NCBI GenBank assembly: GCA_001784175.1
Contig: MFPR01000004.1
Coordinates: 310,001 to 374,000 of the forward strand
DNA: 64,000 bases
From: Candidatus Lindowbacteria bacterium RIFCSPLOWO2_12_FULL_62_27
GTDB taxonomy: Bacteria; Lindowbacteria; 2-12-FULL-62-27
Direction: 5' to 3'
Every line of letters begins with the position of its first letter. Position 1 is the first letter of the stretch. Shown here piece by piece: positions 38,342 to 47,962 of the stretch. Below the pieces are notes generated by a model that was not told where the DNA came from, searched no databases, and worked only from the letters and a program-made list of their open reading frames with translations. The translations under genes and the position numbers were made by a program.

Positions 38342-41119
38342 TTGGGCCGGGAAAGCGGCGGCGATCTGGACACGGTCGCATCGAACGCCTTTTATGCGGT
38401 CTGGGTCCATCATCATCTGAGGGAGATGCTCGGGCGCGCGCCGGTCTACGGGGAGGACTACGCATTTGATTTTGTGAATTACTCGGAAGGCCTGTTTCAC
38501 CTGGTCGTCCACCGCGGCGCGGACCTCTATCTTCCGGACTTTCCGATCGATGCGCTGGTTCCACGGATCCGGATGGTGGTCATTTCAGACCCCGCGGCCA
38601 TCGCCCACCTGAACGAGTTCTCGCGGCTGACCACGGAACTTCGGCGCTGGATGACCGATTATGTCGGCGTCCTTCCGCGGGACATCGTCTCCATTTCCAA
38701 CGAGATATTTCTCAACACCGCCAAGATGGTGGAACATCAGGAGCCGGAGGCGCTCAGGGCCGGCTGTCTCGTCGTTTACCTGTTTTACAATCTCGCGTAT
38801 CTGAGCGTCGCCGATCCATCGAAAGGCGCGGCGGAATTGATCCGCCAGACGGTCCAGCATGCCGTGGGAGACGAGTTCAAGCAACTCAAACAGCGGCTGC
38901 TGGACGTCCTGGAAGCGAAGCACAAGCAGGACCTCATGGACCGGGTCATGGCGAAACGCTATGACCCGGCCGTCGAGCGCGGGTACCTCCTCGCGCTGGT
39001 CCGCGCGGCGGACGAGGATATGTCCACGAAAGGCCGGATCGACCGCACCGAGGAACTCATTCTGCTGGTCGTTGAGATGACGGCCTGTCTTGTCCGGGGC
39101 GCGCGCCTGGAACGGGCGCTGCCTCTGAGCGAATTCGACGCGAAACTTGCGCGCGAGATGAACGACGATCTCGACTATGCAGGCAGGGCACTGCAGAGAT
39201 ATTTTCTGGAGCTTCTGGCAAAGGCCGACGCCATGCAGCCGTTCGGTGATGAGGGGTCAGGGGTCGCGTTCGAAAACCTCAAGACGTGCCTGCGGTCGCT
39301 CGCGGAAATCGCCGCGGAAATCCGCACCCCGGACCTGCCGCCGGCGCGCGAGGGACTCGTGCCCATTCGGCTGATGCTCATGTACGAGGCGACGGGCATC
39401 GCGGTGTCCAACATCGAGATCATCGTCCGGCGGCTCGCCGGCGGCGGCGCGTTTGTTCTGCCGGACGGGACGGAGCACCCCGGTCCGGAGATCCGCCGGG
39501 TGACGGACCGGGACGGTGCCGTGGAGATTTTCTACAGGCCGTCGGACCCGGCCGAGCCGTACCGGCTGAGCGCGACGTACGACGACCTGAGCTGCGTGTA
39601 TTTCCCTTCAGACAGAAATCCCAACGAAGACCCCGCCGGGCCGCACATCGAGGAGAGCATGGACTTCGGCGGGGCGCCGGCCATGGACCGGACGATGAAA
39701 GTCTCTCTCGATTTGATGGACCGGCAGATCAGATTTTTGAGGGACCATGACATCCACATCGCAGCGATCGATGATCACCACCCCTACACGCCGGCCATTC
39801 TCGCCAATCTTGAGGAACACAGGGAGCAGGGGCATATCGGCCATATCCGCCTTTCGAGCCTGCCGCGCGGCCAGGAGCAGCCGAAGGAGGATCAGAAGTG
39901 CGGCGCGGACCTCATTTATGAACAGTACGTCGAAGGCAAACCGTGGGACAATCCGGGCCTGCGAAAACTTCGGGATATCGCGCACGTCCAGGACCTCGCC
40001 TTGGAGCGAAACGATCTCGCCATGGACTTGTCGAGGCTGATCGGGCTCAAACACCGGAAGATCGACATCGTCATGACGCTCGCGCAGAACGTCAAGGACC
40101 TTGAATCGCTCGAAGGGATCATGGCGCGGTTTGGCTGGTCGAAGGAAGTGAGTTCATTTGAAGGAATGCTCTCTCAGGTCATCCCGCGGACCGAAGAGAC
40201 CGTCGGCCACATTGTGCTCGGGGACGGCGACACGGAGGTCAGCCGGACGCGCATTCTGGTGGCGATGTCGCCGTTCAGCGATCCCAAAAAGGGAGAGCCC
40301 CAGGTCAATATGGCAACCGCGAAGGGGTACCTCCTGGGACGAAAAGGGTACCCGGCCGATTATTTCTTCTACTGTTACAACTTTGATTCTCTGCAAATGC
40401 GGCAGGCGAACCCGCAGGACGACCGGCTGGACCTCAGCTTGCTGGCGCAGCGGCTGGGCACGCCGGGGGACGGCGGCCACCGCGGCGCGGCCACCTGCCG
40501 GCCGAGCCTGAACCCGGCGTTTCCGGCGCGTCTGTTTTCGTCCATGAACGAATTGAATTTCCTTCAGTACCTGGGCTGGCTGGGCGCGCGGATCAGTGAA
40601 AGCTGCGGCCTAAGGCTGCTCGATGTTCTGCCGCCGGCGGAACTGGACCTCAGCGATCAGCAGAAAGACTTCCTTGAGGAGATCGTTCGGGATTCACACC
40701 TGTTGGAACTTGCGCGCCCGGGATCGGATTCGGACCGGATCGCTGTCCTGGCCGTCCGGGCGCCGGTGAAATCCCAACGGGCGCCGGTCGGATATCTTCA
40801 GGTGTTTCATCACGTGCGAAAGCGCGGAGACATTCATTACCTGATTTACTGCCGTCCGGGTCTCAGCTCCATCGTCATCCAAAACGTGAACGATCCGGCC
40901 AAACGCCTCAACCCGGGCCGGCTCGCGAAGGACTTCGGCTGGCCGGAAGACGGCGGCACGGACATGGTGGGAATCGCCAGCGGGCGGTTGAACAAGTACA
41001 TCAAACCGGAACTCCGGTGGCTCAAAGGCGACGATTTTTCGCGCCTATGCAGCCTGTTCGCGCTCCTGTTCGATCACCGCACCGACTACAAGGTCAAGGC
41101 GCATTCAAGACCCCTTTAA
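38342..41119 (+). CDS. Large hypothetical protein with DHH/DHHA1-like phosphoesterase region
   Basis: IAAIDDHH, KCGADLIY, DGGHRGAA; N-terminal half unrecognised; start uncertain. Confidence 0.6.
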   Translation: MGRESGGDLDTVASNAFYAVWVHHHLREMLGRAPVYGEDYAFDFVNYSEGLFHLVVHRGADLYLPDFPIDALVPRIRMVVISDPAAIAHLNEFSRLTTELRRWMTDYVGVLPRDIVSISNEIFLNTAKMVEHQEPEALRAGCLVVYLFYNLAYLSVADPSKGAAELIRQTVQHAVGDEFKQLKQRLLDVLEAKHKQDLMDRVMAKRYDPAVERGYLLALVRAADEDMSTKGRIDRTEELILLVVEMTACLVRGARLERALPLSEFDAKLAREMNDDLDYAGRALQRYFLELLAKADAMQPFGDEGSGVAFENLKTCLRSLAEIAAEIRTPDLPPAREGLVPIRLMLMYEATGIAVSNIEIIVRRLAGGGAFVLPDGTEHPGPEIRRVTDRDGAVEIFYRPSDPAEPYRLSATYDDLSCVYFPSDRNPNEDPAGPHIEESMDFGGAPAMDRTMKVSLDLMDRQIRFLRDHDIHIAAIDDHHPYTPAILANLEEHREQGHIGHIRLSSLPRGQEQPKEDQKCGADLIYEQYVEGKPWDNPGLRKLRDIAHVQDLALERNDLAMDLSRLIGLKHRKIDIVMTLAQNVKDLESLEGIMARFGWSKEVSSFEGMLSQVIPRTEETVGHIVLGDGDTEVSRTRILVAMSPFSDPKKGEPQVNMATAKGYLLGRKGYPADYFFYCYNFDSLQMRQANPQDDRLDLSLLAQRLGTPGDGGHRGAATCRPSLNPAFPARLFSSMNELNFLQYLGWLGARISESCGLRLLDVLPPAELDLSDQQKDFLEEIVRDSHLLELARPGSDSDRIAVLAVRAPVKSQRAPVGYLQVFHHVRKRGDIHYLIYCRPGLSSIVIQNVNDPAKRLNPGRLAKDFGWPEDGGTDMVGIASGRLNKYIKPELRWLKGDDFSRLCSLFALLFDHRTDYKVKAHSRPL

Positions 41120-41128
41120 TTTACTCAT

Positions 41129-41539
41129 TCACCGAAAAACGAAAAGCCGAAGGCCGCTTTTTTCGTATTCGGCGATCTCCGAATCGATCGACATCAAGGA
41201 CAGGTTCCGGCAGATGCACTGCCAGGCGAGCATTCGATCAAACGGATCCTTGTTGCTGATCCGGGGGAGCCTATGGAACGTGGCAGCTTCGTGTTTTTCG
41301 AGCGGAATGATTTCGAATCCGGTTTTCTCGACGGCCTCGACAATTCCTTCCAGCGGAATATTTTCGAGATTGAATTTCTTAACGGCATACTTCAATGATA
41401 TTTCCCAAAGGCTGACAGAGCTCACGAAGATTTCATTTCGCGTGTCGCGCAGGATCGCCTTCGCGGCAGGCTTCAATTTACCCGGGTCGAGGACGCTCCA
41501 GATAACAAAATGCGTGTCTAACAGAACCCGGATGGTCAC
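41129..41539 (-). CDS. vapC: VapC-family PIN toxin
   Basis: VLLDTH, SSVSLWEISLK, KDPFDRML; GTG start overlaps antitoxin stop. Confidence 0.92.
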   Translation of the reverse strand: MTIRVLLDTHFVIWSVLDPGKLKPAAKAILRDTRNEIFVSSVSLWEISLKYAVKKFNLENIPLEGIVEAVEKTGFEIIPLEKHEAATFHRLPRISNKDPFDRMLAWQCICRNLSLMSIDSEIAEYEKSGLRLFVFR

Positions 41540-41775
41540 AAGTCGAAGAACTCCCTTTCGCCGACCTTGAAATTTTTTGAAAAGCTGTATTTCGCCTTGC
41601 CCTCCAGAATGCCGAGGCGGCGGGGCTTCCGGGGAAAGTACTTTTTGTAGGGAACGATCACCGCGACCTTTTTCCTGGCGCGGCCGAACGTGACCGTAAT
41701 TTCCCCGCCATTTTCCACGTGGTCGATCACTTCCGCGAAACGGTTTTTGACGTTGGCCGCCGTCCATGTCTTCAT
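41536..41775 (-). CDS. Phd/YefM-family antitoxin
   Basis: VKNRFAEVIDHVENGGEITVT...VAVIVP; directly upstream of the PIN toxin. Confidence 0.88.
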   Translation of the reverse strand: MKTWTAANVKNRFAEVIDHVENGGEITVTFGRARKKVAVIVPYKKYFPRKPRRLGILEGKAKYSFSKNFKVGEREFFDL

Positions 41776-41781
41776 GGCCGT

Positions 41782-41818
41782 ATCCTACCCGCCCCGCCGC
41801 TTAATGTCAAGTTGACAT
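41782..41818 (-). promoter_or_regulatory. TA promoter with overlapping palindrome (putative operator)
   Basis: TTGACA-17-TAGGAT, 6 nt before ATG; ATGTCAA-G-TTGACAT at 41804-41818. Confidence 0.6.
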
Positions 41819-41832
41819 GTTCTGACCGTTTC

Positions 41833-42789
41833 TCAGGCATCTACCAGCGCGCCGAGGTGTTCGGCGACGCTTGCGCCCAGGGCCTGCAAATCGTATCCGC
41901 CCTCGAGCATTGACACGATTTTGACGGGCGCGTCGAGGTCGCGGAGGGTCCGGACGACCCGGCGCGTCATTTCGCCGTAGCATTCGGTGGAGAGTTCCAG
42001 CGCGGCCAGAGGGTCGGCGGCGTGGGCGTCGAATCCGGCGGAGATCAGAAGGAGCGTGGGGTCGAATTTTCGGATCGCCGGAAGAATCCGGTCGTTCAAG
42101 TCCGACAGAATTTCGACGTCGGAGGACCCGGCGGTTTGCGGGCAGTTCAGAGTGAACTGCAGACCCGCGCCTGTCCCGCGCTCCCGGTCCGACCCGCCGC
42201 CCGGATAAAACGGGAATTGATGGAGGGAGCAGTAATAGACCTGATCGGTTTCGTAAAACGCCGCCTGCGTTCCGTTGCCGTGATGCACGTCCCAATCGAG
42301 GATGAACACGCGCGGCGCGAGGGCCAGGGCCGGCAGAGTCAGGGCATGCCGGGCGGCGATGGCGATATTGTTGAACAGGCAGAATCCCATCGACCGGTCC
42401 GGCTCGGCGTGATGGCCGGGCGGCCGGACCGTGCAAAAGGCGGCGGCGTCTTCGGGTTCATCCAACACAAACTCGACTGCCGTGCACCCGGCGCCCGCCG
42501 CCAGGAGCGCCGCCGGCCAGGAACCACGCGAGGTCGGCGTGTCCGCGTCGAGCGGCTCGCCGCGCTCGCAGGCCCGCCGGACCGCGTCGAAGTGATCCCG
42601 CGAATGGACACGAAGGATTTGTTCGGCCGTGGCGGGCGCCGGTTTCTGATGGTCCAGCCGGTACCACAACGCGTAGCGTTCCGACCGCAGCGCGTCCACG
42701 ATCGCTCCAAGCCGGGCCGGCCGCTCCGGGTGGCCGTAGCCGGTTTCGTGCTGGAGAAAAACGGGCGATCCGAAATACGCGGTCCGCAT
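41833..42789 (-). CDS. Histone deacetylase family protein
   Basis: HPERPAR, RPPGHHA, GFCLFNN, DWDVHHGNGTQ, SAGFDAH, LEGGY. Confidence 0.95.
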   Translation of the reverse strand: MRTAYFGSPVFLQHETGYGHPERPARLGAIVDALRSERYALWYRLDHQKPAPATAEQILRVHSRDHFDAVRRACERGEPLDADTPTSRGSWPAALLAAGAGCTAVEFVLDEPEDAAAFCTVRPPGHHAEPDRSMGFCLFNNIAIAARHALTLPALALAPRVFILDWDVHHGNGTQAAFYETDQVYYCSLHQFPFYPGGGSDRERGTGAGLQFTLNCPQTAGSSDVEILSDLNDRILPAIRKFDPTLLLISAGFDAHAADPLAALELSTECYGEMTRRVVRTLRDLDAPVKIVSMLEGGYDLQALGASVAEHLGALVDA

Positions 42790-42794
42790 GCCGG

Positions 42795-43541
42795 TCAGTC
42801 CGGTTCCGACGTGGAGAGGAAATTCGAAATCGGGATGGACCGGTCCACCGTCATCGTGTTCTGTCCGAACGCGGCCCGGCCTTTCAGCGCCAGGGTCGCT
42901 TTGCGAATCGGATGAGACGGCCGGATTTCGCCGGCGCCTTCAAATCCGCCCTGATCGGTGACCAGCCGGATTTCGGTCAACCGCACCGCGTCGGCCAAGG
43001 GTTCCGCCAGGATGTGTCCTTCGCGAAGGCTCGACCCCAGCATCACCGCCCAGGACGACTGGCCCCAATCGCCGGTCGCCTCGATTTTGATCCGGCCCCC
43101 TTCCAGCAGCCGGCCCGCTTTCGCGTCGATCAGGCAGCTTGCGGAACCCTGGACCGCGATCTCGACGCCGGCCGGGCCTGGAAGAATCTCGTTCAGACGG
43201 AGGTCTGTAATTTCGGCGTCGACATGCACGCTCGTGAGTTTCCAGCCCGAGGCCGTCAGCGCGATCCGCCCGTTGCCCCGCCGGAGCTTCAACCGGACCG
43301 CAGGCGGGAATAAACCGGCCGGATACAGATGGCATTCGTCCAACAGGACCACACGGGTCGGCGAAAGATTCACCCGGACGCCCGACAGGCGCGCGCCCCA
43401 CGGCGCCGCATCGATGGACTCGCATGACACGGCCGGAACGCGTCGCGCCAGCGCGAACCGCAGGGCGGCGTCGTATGGAAATGCGAGGAAGAGGGACGCG
43501 AGGAAGACGGCGGCGGCCCAGGCGAAAATTTTAAAACGCAC
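42795..43541 (-). CDS. gspN: T2SS GspN-like protein
   Basis: Position after gspM; N-terminal TM followed by FPY; start moved to GTG 43541. Confidence 0.55.
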   Translation of the reverse strand: MRFKIFAWAAAVFLASLFLAFPYDAALRFALARRVPAVSCESIDAAPWGARLSGVRVNLSPTRVVLLDECHLYPAGLFPPAVRLKLRRGNGRIALTASGWKLTSVHVDAEITDLRLNEILPGPAGVEIAVQGSASCLIDAKAGRLLEGGRIKIEATGDWGQSSWAVMLGSSLREGHILAEPLADAVRLTEIRLVTDQGGFEGAGEIRPSHPIRKATLALKGRAAFGQNTMTVDRSIPISNFLSTSEPD

Positions 43542-44004
43542 TCGAACCTGCGGCGGGGGACGGGTCCACAAACGTGGCGGAAAAATCAAAACGTTCGACC
43601 GACGCGCCGGACCGCTCCAGCAAAAAGGACGGCACGGTAATGTCGCGCTCGGCCGAAACCTGTTCCAGGAGCGCGGCGATGCGTTCCAGCGGGACGCCCT
43701 CCAAACTGAGCGTGACGGTCGCCGGCTGGCCCGCGCCGGCTTCCCGGCCGGACCATTTGGGCGAGCGGTCTTTCAGGTCCAGCGGCTCGACGATCCGCTG
43801 AAGCCGGACCAGAAGCGGGTCGGCCGGTTTGGGGGTGGGCGGGACGTTGGGCAGTTCGGAAAACAATTTCGAAAAGGCCACAAAGTCCGCCGTCCGGCGG
43901 TCCCGGATCCGCGCCGCCGCGCGGACGTCGAGACCCAGATACAGGAGAAGCGCGCAATAGGCGGCGCCGCACAGCAAAAGCAGTCCCGCGGGTTTCACAT
44001 TCAT
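43531..44004 (-). CDS. gspM: T2SS GspM-like protein
   Basis: N-terminal TM; VTLSLEGVPLERIAALL; operon position. Confidence 0.6.
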   Translation of the reverse strand: MNVKPAGLLLLCGAAYCALLLYLGLDVRAAARIRDRRTADFVAFSKLFSELPNVPPTPKPADPLLVRLQRIVEPLDLKDRSPKWSGREAGAGQPATVTLSLEGVPLERIAALLEQVSAERDITVPSFLLERSGASVERFDFSATFVDPSPAAGSSAF

Positions 44005-45254
44005 GACGCCGCGTGTCCCGCCGCCGGCTTGAGCCGGGCACGGACTTTGAATGCGGTCCGCTTGTCGCTCATCCGCGTTTCGCTCGACACCAGGGCCGCG
44101 TCCGCCAGCGCCGGATCGGCCGAGAGCGTCGCGACCCACTGCGCGACGGCCTGAGGGTCGGCCGCAGTGCCGCGGATTTCAACGCGCACGATGTCGAGGG
44201 AAATCGCGTCGAGACGCAGAGTCGCCGCGGCCGCCTGACTCGACACCCGGTCCACCACCGCAAGCCACGCGTGAAGCGGCACGGAGGTGGCCGCGCGGGC
44301 CGGCGCGGCGAAACGCGCCTTGTCCTGCAGCGCGAGCAGGGGATTGACGCGCAGGGAGTCCGGAACTTTCACGCCAAATCGCGCCTCATATCCGTCGAGC
44401 ATTCTCCCCTGCAATTGATCGGCGAGACGCGTCATGCGGACTTTGGCCAATCCAAGACCCGCAAGCGGCATGAGAAGCGAAATCGCCAGGAGGGCCGCCC
44501 GAAGGATTTTCCATCCGGGCCGGCCGGTTTCCAAACCCGCCGGCAGGTGGATAGACGCAGGTTGGGAAGGATGCGGCGCGATGCCGGGCGAGAGGGTCGC
44601 ATGTTTTCCGGCGATCAGCGCCGGGACGCAGTCCATGAGCGTTTCCATCGCGTCCTGGGTGACCACCGTCCCATATTTGGCGAGAACCGGCTCGATGGAA
44701 CCGCCGGCGTTCAGCCGCAGCAGGGTCGACTTGCGGCCCAGCATGGAAGCGATGCCGGTCGGGATTTCCACCGCGCCCGGGCCACCCGACAGAATCGCCT
44801 TCCAGACCAGCGCGGGTTTTCCGCCCGGCGGCACCCCGATCAACGTGACGCCGGCCGCCGCGTCCAGCGCGATCAGGCCGCCATGCCGGAACCGTTTGTC
44901 CCAGACGAGCGTCGTCAGCAGAAGATCTTCCGGAACGCATCGATCGGCGCCGTCGGACGCCGCAGCGGCGGGCGCGACGGCGGCCCAGACCGTCCGGCGG
45001 CCCCTCGAAAAAAATCCCGGGCGCGGAATCAACAGCCAGACTTTGGCCGATTCGGCCGGCAGCGGAATCCGGTCAAACACCATCTCCCGAATCTGCGCCT
45101 CGCCGATCCGGCGCAGCGCCTTCACCGGCAGCACGAGCGGGACGAGAAATGTCTGGCGGCTTGGCAGCGCCGTCCATTCGCCGTCCGGCCAACGGCTCCT
45201 CCCTTTCGGGGTACGCTCGATTTTCTGGTTCCGTCCCGGAAAATACAATATCAT
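44001..45254 (-). CDS. gspL: T2SS GspL/PilN-like protein
   Basis: Cytoplasmic domain, TM, PilN-like C-terminus (VEIRGTA); operon position. Confidence 0.65.
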   Translation of the reverse strand: MILYFPGRNQKIERTPKGRSRWPDGEWTALPSRQTFLVPLVLPVKALRRIGEAQIREMVFDRIPLPAESAKVWLLIPRPGFFSRGRRTVWAAVAPAAAASDGADRCVPEDLLLTTLVWDKRFRHGGLIALDAAAGVTLIGVPPGGKPALVWKAILSGGPGAVEIPTGIASMLGRKSTLLRLNAGGSIEPVLAKYGTVVTQDAMETLMDCVPALIAGKHATLSPGIAPHPSQPASIHLPAGLETGRPGWKILRAALLAISLLMPLAGLGLAKVRMTRLADQLQGRMLDGYEARFGVKVPDSLRVNPLLALQDKARFAAPARAATSVPLHAWLAVVDRVSSQAAAATLRLDAISLDIVRVEIRGTAADPQAVAQWVATLSADPALADAALVSSETRMSDKRTAFKVRARLKPAAGHAAS

Positions 45255-45262
45255 GGTGTGGG

Positions 45263-46147
45263 TTAAGCGACCCGGCGGACCATCGCCGCGCCCGATTCGG
45301 CTTCGCGCTCGATCACGTACTCGCGCCGCACGTACAGGTGCGCGCCGTTGAAAATCACGATCGCCCGCCAGGCCGTCGGGAGGTCGGTCAGGATCGACTG
45401 GATCGACTGAAGCGCGGCCGCCGGAATCGACCCGGTCGGAAGCTGAAACGTGACGCCCGGATAGCGGCGCATGTCTTCCAGCTTGTTTCGCGCGACGAGT
45501 CCGTACGCGTCTTCGAACAGGTCGAGCATCTCATCCGACGCGGCCGGGACGTAAATTTTTCCGCTCCCGTACGAGGTGAGCAGCGGGCGGATGCGGTCAA
45601 AAGCCGAGACGTCACGGAATCCGCGCACAAAGGAAAGTTCATCCACCGTTTCGAACGGCCCATTCCTCGGGGAGATGTCCTCCCCCAGGTAATCCAGCCG
45701 CTCGGCGCCCGACGCGCGCGGCTCGTCGTCCGCGTCGACCCAGTCGAGCGCGCACGGCAGGGCGCGATGTTCGAATTGCTCGCGCTTGAGGAGCGCGCCG
45801 AACAGCTCCTGGACGGGTCCGCCCACGATGAGGTCGTTGAGCCGGTTGACGTTCAGGCGCGTTTCCAGCGGCTCGACCTCCAGCCGGACGGTGAAATCGT
45901 CGACTGGAAACTCTCGCGGCTCCCTGGACAGCGCCATCAGTTCCGCGGGCTTGAGGGCGGGCAGGCCCGATTCTATTTTTTTCAAGAGGCCCCGCGACTC
46001 GACCAGCCGCACCGCTCTGCGGGACCGGTCAAAGGCCGTGCGCGCGCGAAGATTGAAGTCGCTGACAATGATCACGAGCGCCAGCGTGATCACGAGCGCC
46101 ATCGGCAGGGCCGCGCCGCGTTCAGGAGTGGGTTTCGGCGAACGCAT
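45263..46147 (-). CDS. gspK: T2SS minor pseudopilin K
   Basis: RGAALPMAL, LNVN, LDWVDAD, GAE..Y, NGPFETVDEL. Confidence 0.88.
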   Translation of the reverse strand: MRSPKPTPERGAALPMALVITLALVIIVSDFNLRARTAFDRSRRAVRLVESRGLLKKIESGLPALKPAELMALSREPREFPVDDFTVRLEVEPLETRLNVNRLNDLIVGGPVQELFGALLKREQFEHRALPCALDWVDADDEPRASGAERLDYLGEDISPRNGPFETVDELSFVRGFRDVSAFDRIRPLLTSYGSGKIYVPAASDEMLDLFEDAYGLVARNKLEDMRRYPGVTFQLPTGSIPAAALQSIQSILTDLPTAWRAIVIFNGAHLYVRREYVIEREAESGAAMVRRVA

Positions 46148-46742
46148 TGCTCAACATCAGGCGGAACTCGTCCGCCGGCGCCTCGTCTGTGTTTCCCGGC
46201 GGCGGCGGCCATGACCGCAGCGCCTGGAATTTGAGCCGGATCAGGCTCGTGACCGCCGGAACCTCCTCCGCCGGAACAAAACCCCCGGCGGCCTCCGAGT
46301 ACGCCTCGATCACCGGCCGGCGCAGACCCTCCAGGAGAAATTCCCGGGTTTCCTTTACGCCGATCCCATCTGCAATCGCGTACCGGACCAGCCGGAAGGC
46401 GGGGCGGTCCGGGTCGCGCTCGAACACGTACCGGATGCGCAGCCGGAGATACCGGCCGCCCCAGTCGCCATAGACCAGCACCGAAAATCCGGCCGGCCGG
46501 TCGTCCAAATATTCGTACGTGAAGGGGCTGGCGCTGCGGTCCAGTTCGGCCTGGATCATTTCCCTCAACACGATTTCCTTCCGAAGCCGGTCGGCCGTGA
46601 GTTGGGCCGCGGCGGCGGTGCGGCGGCAGTTGGTGAACACGGCGTAGAGAAGCCCCGCAAGCATGGCCATGAGGAGGGTGGCGATCAGAAGTTCGATCAG
46701 GGTGAACCCGGCCCTGGGGTTCAGCCTGTCAGTCGTAGACAT
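46122..46742 (-). CDS. gspJ: T2SS minor pseudopilin J
   Basis: GFTLIELLIA prepilin motif; operon position. Confidence 0.75.
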   Translation of the reverse strand: MSTTDRLNPRAGFTLIELLIATLLMAMLAGLLYAVFTNCRRTAAAAQLTADRLRKEIVLREMIQAELDRSASPFTYEYLDDRPAGFSVLVYGDWGGRYLRLRIRYVFERDPDRPAFRLVRYAIADGIGVKETREFLLEGLRRPVIEAYSEAAGGFVPAEEVPAVTSLIRLKFQALRSWPPPPGNTDEAPADEFRLMLSNAFAETHS

Positions 46743-47040
46743 GAATCTGCACGCCGGTCGTCCGGCCGGCCGGCGTCACTTCCAGGAGGGTGCTCCGGAA
46801 CCGGATCGGGCCGAGCTCGACCTGTTCCGATTTCAGCTCGCGCGCCCACGCGCCGATGTCGCGAAGACCGAGGGTGGGCGCGAGCGCGGCCTGCGCGGCG
46901 ATCGCATGATCCTGCGCGGAATTCAGCATGCGCAGGCTGTGCCGCACGACTTCCAGCAGCGACAGAGTCGCAAGGGACACGAAGGCGAACGCGACCAGAA
47001 GCTCGATCAGGGTGAACCCGTTTCGAACCGGCCTGCTCAT
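46729..47040 (-). CDS. gspI: T2SS minor pseudopilin I
   Basis: MSRPVRNGFTLIELLVA; start moved to ATG 47040. Confidence 0.75.
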   Translation of the reverse strand: MSRPVRNGFTLIELLVAFAFVSLATLSLLEVVRHSLRMLNSAQDHAIAAQAALAPTLGLRDIGAWARELKSEQVELGPIRFRSTLLEVTPAGRTTGVQIHVYD

Positions 47041-47516
47041 TCTCCCGATTCCGTCCGCACGGTGCCCAGACGGTCGATTCTCCAGCGCATGCGATCCTCC
47101 ACCGACGGGCCCGAAAGATGCAGCGTAAAAGGTTCCGTCAGGCCGAGCGTGTTGAAGGCGAATTCGGGTTCGGGCGGCGTTTCGAGTCCCTGCTGTTTGA
47201 CCTCCTCGATCCGGTACTCGGCCAGCGCCAGCCGCGCGATCTCCGTGTCGGCCTGAAGCAACACGAGGTCGCGGGGAGGGGCGATCTTGATCCGCAGCGG
47301 TTTGGCGTCCAGTTGATCGAGCGGGACCAGCGGCGACCGCAGGGCGCGGCGGCCGGCGCGGAGGACAAATTGTTCGATATTCCGCAGGTCCCGTTCCTTT
47401 GGCCCGGCCAGCGCGGCCGACAGGCGCGGCAGCGCCATCGTGAATGTGAGACCCATGAGGGTGAGGACGATCAAAAGCTCGATGAGGGTGAACCCGGCCA
47501 TCCTTTTGAATCTCAC
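47037..47516 (-). CDS. gspH: T2SS minor pseudopilin H
   Basis: GFTLIELLIVL prepilin motif; operon position. Confidence 0.75.
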   Translation of the reverse strand: MRFKRMAGFTLIELLIVLTLMGLTFTMALPRLSAALAGPKERDLRNIEQFVLRAGRRALRSPLVPLDQLDAKPLRIKIAPPRDLVLLQADTEIARLALAEYRIEEVKQQGLETPPEPEFAFNTLGLTEPFTLHLSGPSVEDRMRWRIDRLGTVRTESGE

Positions 47517-47962
47517 TTGGCAGGGGTGCCTTCCAGATTCCAGCTTTCGATGTCCGCGTCGTCGCCTGTGCCGCCCGGCATGCCGTCGGCGCCGTAGCAG
47601 AGAATATCGAAATCAGGATCGTGCAGGCCCGGGGCCACATACACATACTCGTGGCCCCACGGGTCCTTTTGGACCAACTTCTGTTTGAGGTATCCGCCGG
47701 CCTGCCATCGGGACGGAACGGGCTCGGCCGCCGTTTTTTCGACGAGGGCCTTCAGACCCTGCTCCGTGGTCGGCGGCTTGCCGTTATGGACCGTGTACAT
47801 TTCGATCGCCATGCCGAGCGTCTGGATGTCCTGCGTGGCCTTGGTGCGTTTCGCCTGCCCGAGGACGCCGAGGAGTTTCGGCGTAATGAGCACCGCCAGA
47901 AGGCCAATGATCGAAATGACGATCAGCATCTCGATCAGCGTAAATCCTCTCTGTCTCATCAT
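47513..47962 (-). CDS. gspG: T2SS major pseudopilin G
   Basis: GFTLIEML, PTTEQGLKAL, DPWGHEYVY, GADGMPGG..DADI. Confidence 0.95.
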   Translation of the reverse strand: MMRQRGFTLIEMLIVISIIGLLAVLITPKLLGVLGQAKRTKATQDIQTLGMAIEMYTVHNGKPPTTEQGLKALVEKTAAEPVPSRWQAGGYLKQKLVQKDPWGHEYVYVAPGLHDPDFDILCYGADGMPGGTGDDADIESWNLEGTPAK

